A stretch of DNA of 64,000 nt, from the NCBI GenBank assembly GCA_043821945.1, contig JBDRCH010000005.1:14799-78798 (forward strand), in the 5' to 3' direction. This stretch comes from an archaeon. GTDB lineage: Archaea > Nanobdellota > Nanobdellia > Pacearchaeales > GW2011-AR1. The notes beneath the pieces are model-generated. The model searched no databases, was not told where the DNA came from, and saw only the letters and a list, made by a program, of their open reading frames with translations. Within the stretch, counting starts at the first letter, position 1. Every line of letters begins with the position of its first letter. This document shows positions 8,583 to 19,256 of the stretch, in pieces. A program made the translations under genes and the position numbers.

Positions 8583-11033
8583 ATGAAAACCCAATTCATT
8601 CCATTAGACTATGACTACTTTGATTACAACGGAAGAAATTATGCAAAAATAATTGGAAGAGACGAAAAAGGCAAAAGAATTTGCATAATTGACGCCTGTC
8701 CAATTTATCTCTGGGCAATACTAGAAGATAATTTACCAGAAGAAAAAATAAGCAAGATTATTAAAAAAATACAAAAAATAAAATTAGATTTTAAAGGCAG
8801 AAAAACAAAAGTAGAAAAAATAGAAGTCCATGAAAAAAAATTTCTGGAAAAACCAGTAAAAGCACTTAAAATATTCGCAACAAATTACAAAGATTTACAT
8901 GATATTGCAAGCAAATTGGATTTTTCAGAAATAGAAAAAAGGAGAGGATATGATTTAGGATATGCAACTCATTATATAATTGAAAAAAAATTAGAACCTC
9001 TAAATTGGTATGAAATTGAAGGAAAATTATTAAATAACTCAAATGAATTTGGGGGAATAGACACAACTCTTGATGTTGATTTTTGTGTGAAAGTTAATTC
9101 AATATCTAAATTAAAAAAACTCAAGTCATTCATCCCAAAAATCCTCGCATATGATCTAGAAACAGATGAATTAAAAATAGGGCAAGGAGAAATACTAATG
9201 ATCTCTTTAGTTTCAGACAATTTCAAAAAAGTCATAACTTGGAAAAAATCCCAAAATCCTCCTGAATATACTGAATTTGTAAAAGATGAAAAAGAGCTCA
9301 TTGAAAAATTTATTTATTATATTAAACAAATCTCCCCGGATTTTCTTGTAGGATATTTCTCAGATGGTTTTGATCTTCCATATCTCAAGGCAAGAGCAGA
9401 AAAACACAAGATAAAATTAAATCTTGGAATAGACAATTCTCAACCAAAATTCTCAAGAGGAGTTAATCTCACAGGAAGAATAAATGGAATAATTCATATT
9501 GATATATTAAGATTCATAAGAACAGCTTATTCTCAATACATGAAATCAGAAACACTTACATTAAATGAAGTTTCAAAAGAATTTTTAGGAGACACAAAAA
9601 AAGATTTTAAGATAGAACACTCTTCGAAAATAAAAGAAAACTGGAACAAATACTATGAATACAATTTACATGATTCTGTCTTAACGTACCAACTTTTTGA
9701 AAAATTCTGGCCAGATTTATTATCATTTACAAAAGTAATCAAGGAACCAGTTTTTGACACATCAAGATATGGTTTATCAAAATATGTTGAATCATATATT
9801 CTCCATAACTTAGAAAAATTCAATGAAATCCCAGAAAAACGCCCAACACACGAAGACATAAAATTGCGAAGACAAGAAAAAGTCACAGGGGCATTTGTCC
9901 TAGAACCAAAACCAGGGCTCTACGAAAATATTGCAATATTTGATTTTACATCAATGCATACAAGCATAATAATATCAATGAATATTTCAAAATCAACTTT
10001 ACTAGATAAACCTTCCAAAGATTCGTTTTTTATAAAAACAGACAAAGGAGAATTTTATTTTTCAAAAAAAGCAGGTGTTTTCCCTTCTTTGTTTAAAGAA
10101 ATATTTGAAGAAAGAAAAAAATACAAGGCAGAATACAAAAAAAATCCCAACAAAATAACCCTAGCAAGAAGCAATGCTTTTAAATTACTCTCAGCTTCAG
10201 CTCATGGTTATATTGGTTTTTTTGGAGCAAGATATTATTCATTAGAATCATCTGCATCGATTCTTTCTTATGTTAGAAAATTCAACCAAGAAACAATTCA
10301 AAAAGTAAAGGACGCTGGATATGAAGTAATTTTTTCAGACACTGACAGTGTTGGATTTCTAATGAAAAACAAATCAGAAGAAGATATTAAAAAATTCTTA
10401 AAAGAATTAAACACAGAACTTCCAGGAGTAATGGAACTTGAATTAGAAGGATTTTTCAAGAGAGGTCTCTGGGTTACAACTCGAGCAGGAATAGCTGGAG
10501 CAAAAAAGAAATACGCTTTATTAGATCAAAATAAAAAATTAAAAATAAGAGGTTTTGAAACAGTAAGAAGAGATTGGTGCAAACTAGCAAGAAATTTACA
10601 AAACAAAATTATAGATCAAATTCTTAAAAGTGGAAATGAAAAAAAATCATTAGAGTATCTAAAAAAAATCATAAAACAAATCAAAAATAGAGAAATAAAT
10701 AAAGACGATTTAATTATTAGAACACAATTAAAAAAATCACTCTCAGAATACAAGGCGATTTCTCCTCATGTAATAGCAGCAAGAAAAATGCGAGAGCAAA
10801 AAATTCCAATTGAACAAGGAGGATTAATTGAATACTTTATTGCAGAATCTTCATCAAATAAAAAACTCGTTAGAGAAAAAGTTAAGCTTCCTCATGAAAA
10901 TGATCCTTACAACATTGAGTATTATTTAGAAAAACAAATTCTTCCAGCTGTTGAAAATATTTTTCAGATTTTCAATATCAACATTAAAGAAGTTATTGAA
11001 GGGAAGAAACAAATGACTTTGAGAGATTTTTGA
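8583..11033 (+). CDS. polB: Family B DNA polymerase with divergent dNTP-pocket motifs
   Basis: Exo I YDLETDE, Exo II YFSDGFDLPYL, Exo III YNLHDSVLTYQL, motif A DFTSMHTSIII, motif B KLLSASAHGYIGF, motif C FSDTDSV, KKKYA, C-terminal PIP-like QMTLRDF. Confidence 0.9.
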   Translation: MKTQFIPLDYDYFDYNGRNYAKIIGRDEKGKRICIIDACPIYLWAILEDNLPEEKISKIIKKIQKIKLDFKGRKTKVEKIEVHEKKFLEKPVKALKIFATNYKDLHDIASKLDFSEIEKRRGYDLGYATHYIIEKKLEPLNWYEIEGKLLNNSNEFGGIDTTLDVDFCVKVNSISKLKKLKSFIPKILAYDLETDELKIGQGEILMISLVSDNFKKVITWKKSQNPPEYTEFVKDEKELIEKFIYYIKQISPDFLVGYFSDGFDLPYLKARAEKHKIKLNLGIDNSQPKFSRGVNLTGRINGIIHIDILRFIRTAYSQYMKSETLTLNEVSKEFLGDTKKDFKIEHSSKIKENWNKYYEYNLHDSVLTYQLFEKFWPDLLSFTKVIKEPVFDTSRYGLSKYVESYILHNLEKFNEIPEKRPTHEDIKLRRQEKVTGAFVLEPKPGLYENIAIFDFTSMHTSIIISMNISKSTLLDKPSKDSFFIKTDKGEFYFSKKAGVFPSLFKEIFEERKKYKAEYKKNPNKITLARSNAFKLLSASAHGYIGFFGARYYSLESSASILSYVRKFNQETIQKVKDAGYEVIFSDTDSVGFLMKNKSEEDIKKFLKELNTELPGVMELELEGFFKRGLWVTTRAGIAGAKKKYALLDQNKKLKIRGFETVRRDWCKLARNLQNKIIDQILKSGNEKKSLEYLKKIIKQIKNREINKDDLIIRTQLKKSLSEYKAISPHVIAARKMREQKIPIEQGGLIEYFIAESSSNKKLVREKVKLPHENDPYNIEYYLEKQILPAVENIFQIFNINIKEVIEGKKQMTLRDF

Positions 11034-11034
11034 A

Positions 11035-12015
11035 ATGAAACCTCAGCGTAAAATTCCAGAAGCAAAACCTCTTTTCTTAGAGAGAATACAACAGCTCCTT
11101 ACTGACAAAAAAGACTATGAAAATTATCTTAATATTCTTAAAATTCCTCCTGTAAAATCAATTCGTTGCAATACTTTAAAAATTTCTCCAGATAAACTAA
11201 AAGAAAAATTAGAAAACAAAGGTTGGAAAATAAAACAACCTTGGAAAGATTACCCGGAAGTAATGGTCATCAAATTTGAACTTTTACCTGGGGAGTTAGG
11301 TCGCTCACTAGAACACCTTTTAGGTTATTATTATATTCAAGAGCTCGCAAGCATGCTCCCGGTCCTTGCATTAAAACCAAAAAAAGAGGAATTAATTTTA
11401 GACTTATGCTCAGCTCCAGGAAGCAAAACAACCCAACTTGCATCTGAAATGCAAAATACAGGAACAATAATAGCGAATGAAGTTAGCCTTGGAAGATTAA
11501 AAATTCTTGCTTCAAATTTAGAAAGATGCGGAGTTGCAAACACAATAATCACAAGAAAAGATGGCTCAGCATTTTGCAAAAGAATTGAAAAATATAATTC
11601 TAAAATACAATTTGATAGAATTATCATTGATGCACCTTGTTCAGGTGAAGGCACACTAAGAAGCTCTTACAAAACTTACCTAATGTGGAATATCAAAACA
11701 ATAAAAAATCTTCCAAAAATTCAATTAAACTTATTCTCATCAGCTTTTGAAATTCTAAAACCCAATGGAACAATAATCTATTCAACTTGCACTCACGCAC
11801 CAGAAGAAAATGAAGGAGTTATTAATGAAATTCTAAAAAACTATCCTGGAGAATTGAAACTAGAAAAGATTAATTTGCCGATTAAGTATAGAGAAGGATT
11901 GACAGAATGGGAAAATAAACAATATTCAAATGAATTAAAAAAATGCGCAAGAATTTATCCCCAAGATAACAACACCGAAGGATTTTTCATTGCTAAATTT
12001 AGAAAAGTAAAATGA
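11035..12015 (+). CDS. NOL1/NOP2/Sun-family RNA cytosine-C5 methyltransferase
   Basis: DLCSAPGSKT and IIIDAPCSGEG motifs. Confidence 0.85.
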   Translation: MKPQRKIPEAKPLFLERIQQLLTDKKDYENYLNILKIPPVKSIRCNTLKISPDKLKEKLENKGWKIKQPWKDYPEVMVIKFELLPGELGRSLEHLLGYYYIQELASMLPVLALKPKKEELILDLCSAPGSKTTQLASEMQNTGTIIANEVSLGRLKILASNLERCGVANTIITRKDGSAFCKRIEKYNSKIQFDRIIIDAPCSGEGTLRSSYKTYLMWNIKTIKNLPKIQLNLFSSAFEILKPNGTIIYSTCTHAPEENEGVINEILKNYPGELKLEKINLPIKYREGLTEWENKQYSNELKKCARIYPQDNNTEGFFIAKFRKVK

Positions 12016-12473
12016 ACACTCTAAAAATTCTCTCAAAAAAAGAAAAACAAGAATTAGTTGAAAAATTAAACAAACAATTTGGAATAAAAAAAGTAAACGG
12101 GATTATCTCTACAAGAGGTGAAAGATTATTTATCTTCCAAGGAAATTTTGATGAAAAACAAATCCGAGAACTTGAATCAACAATTCCTATAGAAAGAGTT
12201 GGAATTTATTTTGGAAAACAAATAAATAATGAAATAAGACTAAGCATAGATGGGATCCATTTATTAAAAGATCAAATCAACAAGAATATTCTTGAATTAA
12301 ATGAAGAACAAACAGAATATTGGATGAAAGGAAATGAATTAAACATTCTAACTGAAAAAAGAGGTTTTGTAATAATAAAATACAATGATAATTTCATCGG
12401 AACAGGAAAAGCTTCAGAAAACAAGATAACTAATTTTATTCCAAAGAATAGAAGGTTAAAGGAAAAGGGTTAA
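12012..12473 (+). CDS. PUA-domain protein, Nip7-like (overlaps the Nop2-like gene by 4 nt)
   Basis: C-terminal PUA-like segment RGFVIIKYNDNFIGTGKA; gene order Nop2 then Nip7 matches the known interaction partners. Confidence 0.45.
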   Translation: MNTLKILSKKEKQELVEKLNKQFGIKKVNGIISTRGERLFIFQGNFDEKQIRELESTIPIERVGIYFGKQINNEIRLSIDGIHLLKDQINKNILELNEEQTEYWMKGNELNILTEKRGFVIIKYNDNFIGTGKASENKITNFIPKNRRLKEKG

Positions 12474-12497
12474 AAATAACTACATTCTATCAAAATC

Positions 12498-13376
12498 ATG
12501 AACAAAGAAAAAATTCTCCTTGCAGGAAAAATAGCAAAGCAAGTAAAAGAATACATCAAACCTCAAATAAAAAAAGATGTTCCTCTCTTGGAAATTGCTG
12601 AAAAAATTGAATCAAAGATAATTGAATTAGGAGGAAAACCAGCATTCCCAACAAATTTAAGCATAAATAACATTACAGCACATTTCACTCCTTCTTACAA
12701 TGATGAAACACTCACACATGGATTATTAAAAGTAGATTTTGGGGTTCATATTGATGGTTGGATTTCAGACACTGCTTTTTCTTTAGACTTAGAAAATTCA
12801 GAGCAAAATAAAAAGTTAATTCAAGCTTCTGAAAAAGCATTGAAGGGTGCGATTAAAATTACAAAGGAAAATATACTTCTTAATAAGATAGGAGGGATTA
12901 TTTCTGAAACAATAGAAACAGAAGGATTTTCTCCTGTAATAAATCTTTCAGGTCATGAAATCAATAAATATGAAGTACATGCAGGATTAACAATCCCAAA
13001 TATAGATGATGGAAAAATGATAAACTTAAAAAAAGGCCTTTATGCAATTGAGCCTTTTGCAACAACTGGTTCAGGAAGAGTTCATGATGGAAGCCCTTCT
13101 GGTATTTATCAATTAATCAATGATAGAAATGTAAGAAGTCCAATTGCAAGAGAAATTCTTAATCACATAACCAAAGAATATTCAACACTTCCATTTTGTT
13201 CAAGATGGCTTGTAAAAAAATTTGGAACAAAAGCCCTGTTCGGATTAAAACAATTACAAGAAAATGAAAATCTCCATCAATATGCTCAATTAGTTGAATC
13301 ACCAGGAGCAATAGTCTCTCAAGCAGAACATACAATTTTAATTGACAAAGAAGGGGTTGTTGCTACAACTAATTAA
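12498..13376 (+). CDS. map: Methionine aminopeptidase, type 2 (archaeal)
   Basis: pita-bread fold motifs, HFTP, metal-ligand pattern D..D..H..E..E, typical length. Confidence 0.85.
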   Translation: MNKEKILLAGKIAKQVKEYIKPQIKKDVPLLEIAEKIESKIIELGGKPAFPTNLSINNITAHFTPSYNDETLTHGLLKVDFGVHIDGWISDTAFSLDLENSEQNKKLIQASEKALKGAIKITKENILLNKIGGIISETIETEGFSPVINLSGHEINKYEVHAGLTIPNIDDGKMINLKKGLYAIEPFATTGSGRVHDGSPSGIYQLINDRNVRSPIAREILNHITKEYSTLPFCSRWLVKKFGTKALFGLKQLQENENLHQYAQLVESPGAIVSQAEHTILIDKEGVVATTN

Positions 13377-13570
13377 TATACTCTAGGTAAAAAACATTGA
13401 TTATTAAAGATAGATATCTCAATCAGTCTTTTCCCAAACTTATCAATACAATAATCCATCAATTCCCCTACAGTTTTAGGATCTTTTTCCTGTTTTATCA
13501 ATTCAATTAATTTTTCAAAAGATTCTATGTGAGGATATTTTTCTATCCTTGTACTATATTCATTTGTCAT
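13373..13570 (-). CDS. Small hypothetical protein (65 aa)
   Basis: ORF only. Confidence 0.2.
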   Translation of the reverse strand: MTNEYSTRIEKYPHIESFEKLIELIKQEKDPKTVGELMDYCIDKFGKRLIEISIFNNQCFLPRVY

Positions 13571-13613
13571 TGTATAATAGATACATTAACAGACTTTATA
13601 AATTTATCCCAAA

Positions 13614-14483
13614 TTAATCAAATGAAGGCAAATAAATTTCAAATTTAGTTCCCTTTCCTAATTCACTTTTGACATTAATGTGACCATTATGATTATTTAT
13701 AATTTCCAGCGCTGATGCTAATCCATAACCATTGCCAAATTTCTTTCCAGAAGTGAAACCAGATTCAAAAATATACTGCAGACATTCTTCCGGAATTCCT
13801 TTCCCATTATCAACAACAGAAACAGCGACATAATCTTCTTCTTTTCTTGCTAGAACCTCTAAAATACCTCCTCCAGAGGGAAGCATTGCATCTCTTGCAT
13901 TAACATAGATATTAAGAAAGACTCTCTCAAGATCAATTAAATCTCCAAAAACATAAAAATCTACTTTATTAAGATTAGACCTCCAAGAAATATTATTCTT
14001 TCCTAATTGTAATTGTTTTAAAGTGCAAAAAAATTCATTAATAGCAATTTTTTCATAATTCTGTTTTCTATTAACCTCTGAAAAACTCAAAGCTCTTTTA
14101 TTAAGAACTATTAATTTGGAAAGAGCACCTAACATAGCATGATTTTTCTCTTTAATACGATCTAATTTTTCTGATTCAGATAATTCAAGTTCCTTAAAAG
14201 TTAATGTATTTAATTCCAAAGAACCACCAATTATATTACAAATATTATTAGAATCATGAATTATTCCTTGAATTAATTCTAAATAGATATTTTTTTCTGA
14301 TAACCTCTTATTTTCTTCAAATAAAATTTTATTTTTCTCTATTATTTCACAGTTTTTGCATCTTTCTTCTAAATGCTTACCAAATGATCCATCTTCCAAA
14401 AACTCAGTCTTTTCTCCAATAGGAAAAAGCCAAGGGCTATATTTTCTAACATTTTCTATGTTTACAAACTTTTCAGTATACAT
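13614..14483 (-). CDS. Cytoplasmic sensor histidine kinase (HisKA + HATPase_c), no TM segment, no adjacent response regulator
   Basis: H-box IHDSNN; N/G1/G2 boxes NARDAM, VVDNGKGIP, GNGYGLAS. Confidence 0.7.
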   Translation of the reverse strand: MYTEKFVNIENVRKYSPWLFPIGEKTEFLEDGSFGKHLEERCKNCEIIEKNKILFEENKRLSEKNIYLELIQGIIHDSNNICNIIGGSLELNTLTFKELELSESEKLDRIKEKNHAMLGALSKLIVLNKRALSFSEVNRKQNYEKIAINEFFCTLKQLQLGKNNISWRSNLNKVDFYVFGDLIDLERVFLNIYVNARDAMLPSGGGILEVLARKEEDYVAVSVVDNGKGIPEECLQYIFESGFTSGKKFGNGYGLASALEIINNHNGHINVKSELGKGTKFEIYLPSFD

Positions 14484-14567
14484 AAAACAATCTTCAAAGT
14501 TAGATTATATAAAGATTTCTATTATGTAATCACTATCAAATGAATACACAAAAGAAATAGTTGAAAA

Positions 14568-14756
14568 TCATTCATACATTTCACTCAGTACTTTTCTTTT
14601 ATATTCTTCTCCACAAGTAGGACAAAAACTATGACTTATTCTACCATCAACAAAATAATCAACAACATATTGCCAACCATCAGGATCTTCTTTTATTTCA
14701 ATCCAATTCCCTTGATTATCTTCATCAAGATCAACAGCACAACAAATAATACACAT
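14568..14756 (-). CDS. Small zinc-ribbon protein (62 aa)
   Basis: CIICC near the N-terminus and CPTCG near the C-terminus. Confidence 0.3.
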   Translation of the reverse strand: MCIICCAVDLDEDNQGNWIEIKEDPDGWQYVVDYFVDGRISHSFCPTCGEEYKRKVLSEMYE

Positions 14757-14780
14757 TCTTAATAAATTATTTTTTTCATT

Positions 14781-17072
14781 TTATCCCAAATAAGTATTCT
14801 TGATTGGAACAGCAGATTTAGATGATTTTAAGAAAGCTTCTTCTACTTTTTTGTATGCTTCAAAAGTTGATGGCGTTACACTTGGTTTAACTTTGTCTAA
14901 TGATTGTTCAAAATTCTTTTTACTAACTTCTTTTGAATTAATAGATTCTCTCAAAGCAAGCATTCCAGCTTCCCTTACTAAAGATTCTAAATCAGCCCCA
15001 GTATATCCTGCTGTTTTTTTTGCAATTAGTTTTAAATCAACATTCTTAGCCAGAGGCATATTTTTTGTATGTATCTTTAAAACTTTTAATCTACCTTCTT
15101 CTTCAGGAGCATTTACTAACAATATTCTGTCAAACCTTCCAGGTCTTAATAACGCAGCATCAAGCATATCAGGTCTGTTTGTTGCAGCAATAACTAAAAT
15201 ATCTTTCAAATCTTCTAGACCATCCATCTCTGAAAGTAATTGGTTCAAAACTCTTTCAGTAACTTTTGTTCCTTGTTCTACTCCTCTTCTTCCTGCTAAT
15301 GAATCAATTTCATCAAAAAAGATTATACAAGGAGCAACTTGCCTTGCTCTTTCAAAAATTTTCCTAACTCCTTCTTCAGATTTACCAACCCACATACTTA
15401 ATAACGAAGGTCCTTTGACTTGGATAAAATTAGCTTCAGATTCTTTTGCAACTGCTTTAGCCAAAAGAGTCTTACCTGTTCCAGGAGGTCCATATAACAA
15501 AATTCCCCTTGAAGGTCTAATTCCAATTCTTTTGAAACACTCTGGAAATTTCATAGGCCATTCAACTACTTCTTTTAATTCTTCTTGAACTTTATCTAGA
15601 CCTCCAACATCATCCCAACTCACATTAGGAGTCTCGACTAAAACCTCTCTCATTGCAGAAGGTCTAACAACTTTTAATGCATCCATAAAATCATTGTGTT
15701 TAACAATTAATTTCTCTAAAATTTCTTGAGGAATAGATTCTTCATCTAATTGAATTTGATGGATATGTTTTCTAAGAACATTCATAGCAGCTTCCTTACT
15801 CAAAGATTCCAAATCAGCACCAACAAAACCATGAGTTAAAGAAGCAATTTCATCAAGCTTAACATTTTTTGTCAAAGGCATTCCTCGAGTATGAATTTTC
15901 AAAATCGCGAGTCTTCCCTCTTTACCAGGAACATTAATTGCCACTTCTCTGTCAAATCTTCCTGGTCTTCTCAATGCAGGATCAATTGCATTAACTCTAT
16001 TTGTAGCACCAATAACAATAACTTTTCCTCTTGCTTTAAGACCGTCCATCATAGTTAAAATCTGGGAAACAACTCTCCTCTCAACTTCTCCAATTACTTC
16101 TTCTCTTTTTGGAGCTATTGCATCAAGTTCATCAATAAAAACAATTGCTGGCGCTGTTTTCTCAGCTTCTTCAAAAAGATCTCTAATTTTCTTTTCACTT
16201 TCTCCATAAAACTTAGACATTATTTCAGGCCCATTTAATAAAATAAAATTAGCTTCTGATTCATTTGCAACTGCTTTAGCCAAAAGAGTCTTACCTGTTC
16301 CAGGAGGTCCGTGCAACAAAACTCCTTTAGGAGGTTGAATTCCCAATCTCTGAAAAATCTCAGGATGTTTCATTGGAATCTCAACCATTTCTCTTATCTT
16401 TTTGATTTCTTCTGTTAATCCCCCAATATCTTCATAATTAATCTCAGGAATTTTTTCATCACTTATTTCCACTGCTTTTGGATTCAAAACAACTTGGGTG
16501 TTTTCAGTTATTCTAACAGGAACATTTGGATTTGCATTAACAATCAAGAATCTTATTTGAGCAATAGTCCCTCCAAGATTTCCAAAACCTCCAAAGATAT
16601 CACTCAAATTTCCAAAAAGATCATTCATATCTTCAAATTCTTCAGACATTAAATCTCTCCTTCTTTGAGTTCCACCCAAAACAACTACATCCCCTTTAAC
16701 AACTGTTCTTCCAAGCAATCCATTTTTTAGATTTTCTGGATCACCCTGAACCATAATTCCTTTTTGCGCAGGAGCAATAATGATTTTTTTAGCTTCTTTT
16801 ACTTCTGTCTTAGAGACTACAACAACATCACCAATACCTGATTTTGAATTTCTCCTCATAATACCATCAATTCTAATAATTCCTTCTCCAACATCAGCAG
16901 GATAAGCTCGATCTGCAATTGCAACAGTTTCCCGATTTCCTTTAATCATAATCGGGTCTCCTCTCTTAATACCCAACTCATTCATAACACCCAAATCTAT
17001 TCGAGCAATTCCTTTATACACATCATCTTGCTGTGCTTCAACAACTTTTAATTGAATTGATTTTTTTGTCAT
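14781..17072 (-). CDS. cdc48: Cdc48/VCP-like AAA+ ATPase (double-psi barrel N domain plus two AAA domains)
   Basis: two copies of [15 protein letters not shown] Walker A, DEID/DELD Walker B, second region of homology. Confidence 0.92.
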   Translation of the reverse strand: MTKKSIQLKVVEAQQDDVYKGIARIDLGVMNELGIKRGDPIMIKGNRETVAIADRAYPADVGEGIIRIDGIMRRNSKSGIGDVVVVSKTEVKEAKKIIIAPAQKGIMVQGDPENLKNGLLGRTVVKGDVVVLGGTQRRRDLMSEEFEDMNDLFGNLSDIFGGFGNLGGTIAQIRFLIVNANPNVPVRITENTQVVLNPKAVEISDEKIPEINYEDIGGLTEEIKKIREMVEIPMKHPEIFQRLGIQPPKGVLLHGPPGTGKTLLAKAVANESEANFILLNGPEIMSKFYGESEKKIRDLFEEAEKTAPAIVFIDELDAIAPKREEVIGEVERRVVSQILTMMDGLKARGKVIVIGATNRVNAIDPALRRPGRFDREVAINVPGKEGRLAILKIHTRGMPLTKNVKLDEIASLTHGFVGADLESLSKEAAMNVLRKHIHQIQLDEESIPQEILEKLIVKHNDFMDALKVVRPSAMREVLVETPNVSWDDVGGLDKVQEELKEVVEWPMKFPECFKRIGIRPSRGILLYGPPGTGKTLLAKAVAKESEANFIQVKGPSLLSMWVGKSEEGVRKIFERARQVAPCIIFFDEIDSLAGRRGVEQGTKVTERVLNQLLSEMDGLEDLKDILVIAATNRPDMLDAALLRPGRFDRILLVNAPEEEGRLKVLKIHTKNMPLAKNVDLKLIAKKTAGYTGADLESLVREAGMLALRESINSKEVSKKNFEQSLDKVKPSVTPSTFEAYKKVEEAFLKSSKSAVPIKNTYLG

Positions 17073-17275
17073 TTTTGAATTTTTAAATAAATTTCATCAA
17101 AACATTTAGGACATAACTGACCTGCACCCTCGACATAATACCTTCTTGAATGAATAGATAAATTAACCTCACTAAGAGTTTCTTTCTTGCAACAAACACA
17201 TTTATCATACTTACTCTCTTGATTTAATTTATCATTTTTTGAAGTTCTACCAAACAAACTTATCAAATTTCCCAT
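17069..17275 (-). CDS. Small zinc-ribbon protein (68 aa) overlapping the cdc48 start
   Basis: CVCC ... CPKC. Confidence 0.3.
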   Translation of the reverse strand: MGNLISLFGRTSKNDKLNQESKYDKCVCCKKETLSEVNLSIHSRRYYVEGAGQLCPKCFDEIYLKIQK

Positions 17276-17276
17276 T

Positions 17277-17624
17277 TTATTTCTTTATCTCCTCAAAATT
17301 TAAACTTAATCTTCCAAAATCTTCAAAACATAATCTTACCATGTCATCCATGATTTTTTCTTGTTCTCTCATAAAAGAAACTATCTCTTTTGGAATTGAA
17401 ACAGCATAACTATTTCCAACAAGTCTCATCTTAACTCTAAAGTTTTTATTTTTAAGACTTATAAATTTATTGTATTCTTGCTCATCAACAGGATGAATTA
17501 TTTTTTCACTGCACTTTGGACAAACCATTAATCTAAATAAAAATCCATTTTTAGAAACCTGTGCTTTTTGCATTTTTGAATCACATTTCTTGCAAAGTAT
17601 TTTGTTGTCAAATATATCTGTCAT
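17277..17624 (-). CDS. Zinc-ribbon protein with an AbrB/SpoVT-like swapped-hairpin segment
   Basis: CKKC..CPKC ribbon; VGNSYAVSIPKEIV resembles AbrB/MazE DNA-binding hairpin. Confidence 0.4.
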   Translation of the reverse strand: MTDIFDNKILCKKCDSKMQKAQVSKNGFLFRLMVCPKCSEKIIHPVDEQEYNKFISLKNKNFRVKMRLVGNSYAVSIPKEIVSFMREQEKIMDDMVRLCFEDFGRLSLNFEEIKK

Positions 17625-17625
17625 T

Positions 17626-17799
17626 TTAATTTTGTTTTAGCAAAATTAATGTTAAAAAGAAAATTACAATTGAAAACATTTCTTCAAAACTGGGTTTAAA
17701 ATAATTAAAGCTGAATAAAGCGATTATTGAAACTCCTAAGGCTATAAGGAGATTCACAATAGTGTATTTCTTATCTTGTTTTAATTTGTTTGAATTCAT
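17626..17799 (-). CDS. Unlisted small single-TM protein (57 aa) directly upstream of the zinc-ribbon gene
   Basis: ATG at 17799 (complement); hydrophobic stretch IVNLLIALGVSIIALFSF; stop 1 nt before the next start. Confidence 0.25.
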   Translation of the reverse strand: MNSNKLKQDKKYTIVNLLIALGVSIIALFSFNYFKPSFEEMFSIVIFFLTLILLKQN

Positions 17800-17814
17800 T
17801 TTATCGAATATAAA

Positions 17815-17834
17815 GCCACATCAAATGATGTGGC
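17815..17834. other. Perfect 8-bp hairpin GCCACATC-AAAT-GATGTGGC
   Basis: read directly; GC-rich stem in an AT-rich divergent intergenic region. Confidence 0.6.
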
Positions 17835-17956
17835 TGGGTTGAAAAAAGGTTGTATGGGTATATACCTATTGTGTATACATAGAATATACACTATTTAAAT
17901 GTTTTGGTGAATTAACATATCACACATTTTAAAAACTATAATTAATTTTTCTATTC

Positions 17957-18586
17957 ATGGTGACAAAAAGAGAGTTGAAAAAATATCTAAACAAATTCTG
18001 GTTTATTGTCTGGAAAGACGATAGTTTCAAGGGATGGATAATCTCAATCTTATTTTTATTTATAGTTATTAAATTCATTTTTTTCCCAATATTAAATCTT
18101 ATCACAGGAACAACACTTCCTCTTGCAATTGTCGAATCTTGCAGTATGTATCATCAGGGGAATCTCTTATCTAATTTTGATAACTGGTATGAAAAACACG
18201 ATTCAAAATATTCAAACTTTATAATAAATAAATTAGATTTTCAGAATTTTATTTTCAAAAATGGTTTTAACAAAGGAGATATTCTATTTGTAATTGGAGC
18301 TAAACCAGAAAAACTAAAAATTGGTGATGTAATAATTTTTAATGGGGGATCAAATCATCCAATAATTCATAGAATAATCAACATAAACGAAAAAAATGGA
18401 AAAATATTTTTTTCAACAATCGGCGACAATAACAATGGGCAACTACCAGTAGAAGAAGAAATATCAGAAGACCAATTAATTGGAAAAGCTGTTTTCAAAT
18501 TAGCCCCTTACTTGGGATGGGGAAAATTAATTTTCTTCGAATTCAGACAACCTGAAAATAACAAAGGCTTTTGTGAAGAAAATTGA
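17957..18586 (+). CDS. Signal peptidase I (archaeal/Sec11 type, S26 family)
   Basis: N-terminal TM; SCSMYH (Ser box), GDILFV, HRI and GDNN boxes. Confidence 0.65.
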   Translation: MVTKRELKKYLNKFWFIVWKDDSFKGWIISILFLFIVIKFIFFPILNLITGTTLPLAIVESCSMYHQGNLLSNFDNWYEKHDSKYSNFIINKLDFQNFIFKNGFNKGDILFVIGAKPEKLKIGDVIIFNGGSNHPIIHRIININEKNGKIFFSTIGDNNNGQLPVEEEISEDQLIGKAVFKLAPYLGWGKLIFFEFRQPENNKGFCEEN

Positions 18587-18659
18587 ATTCAAAAAAACAG
18601 AAACTTTTTTAAACAAACTTATGCAAAAAGTAAGATAAATATATTATAGAAATTATAAG

Positions 18660-18968
18660 ATGGAATTTTGTCCAAAATGCGGTGCGATTCTCATTCAAAA
18701 AAGAAAAAATGATGGCTGTCCAAGATGTAATTACTCTGTGAAAGGAAGAATAAAAATAAAGACTTCTGAAGAAATGGATAAAAGACAAGAAATCGCCGTG
18801 ATTACAGAAAAAGATACGCAAGTGCTTCCAATTGTAGGAGAAAAATGCAGAGAATGCGGAAACAAAGAAGCTCTTTTCTGGACAGTTCAAACTCGTTCTG
18901 GAGATGAAGCAGAAACAAAATTCTTCAAATGCACAAAGTGCAAACACACTTGGAGAGAATACCGGTAA
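18660..18968 (+). CDS. tfs: Transcription factor S (TFIIS/RpoM-like)
   Basis: N-terminal CPKCG..CPRC ribbon; C-terminal TFIIS ribbon CRECG...QTRSGDEAETKFFKCTKC. Confidence 0.85.
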   Translation: MEFCPKCGAILIQKRKNDGCPRCNYSVKGRIKIKTSEEMDKRQEIAVITEKDTQVLPIVGEKCRECGNKEALFWTVQTRSGDEAETKFFKCTKCKHTWREYR

Positions 18969-19256
18969 TTGCAAATTAAAATAATCAATAACAGATTATC
19001 TGTGTTCGAGTAAAGAATATAGATAATAAGCTCTTATATAACCCTAGGAACCAACTTACCTCTCAACAACCATTTTTCTAAAGAAGTACGAATAATTCCG
19101 GTTTCTAAACCCTTATTTCCTGTATCTGATTTAACATAAAAAAGATCATAACTTAAATCGCATCCAATTTGAATCTTATATTTCTCTTTTTCATTAGCAG
19201 AATCATTATCTTCTCTTTTTCCTAATTGATTTCTTAAATAGAAAATTATATATAAA

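Noticed and set aside
14800-15588. 262-aa plus-strand ORF
   Set aside because: Lies entirely antisense inside the cdc48 coding region; low-complexity Ser/Leu-rich translation typical of antisense frames.
18975-19256. 280-nt gap between tfs and tRNA-Lys
   Set aside because: Hand translation of both strands gave only very short ORFs. No RNA motif I recognise.
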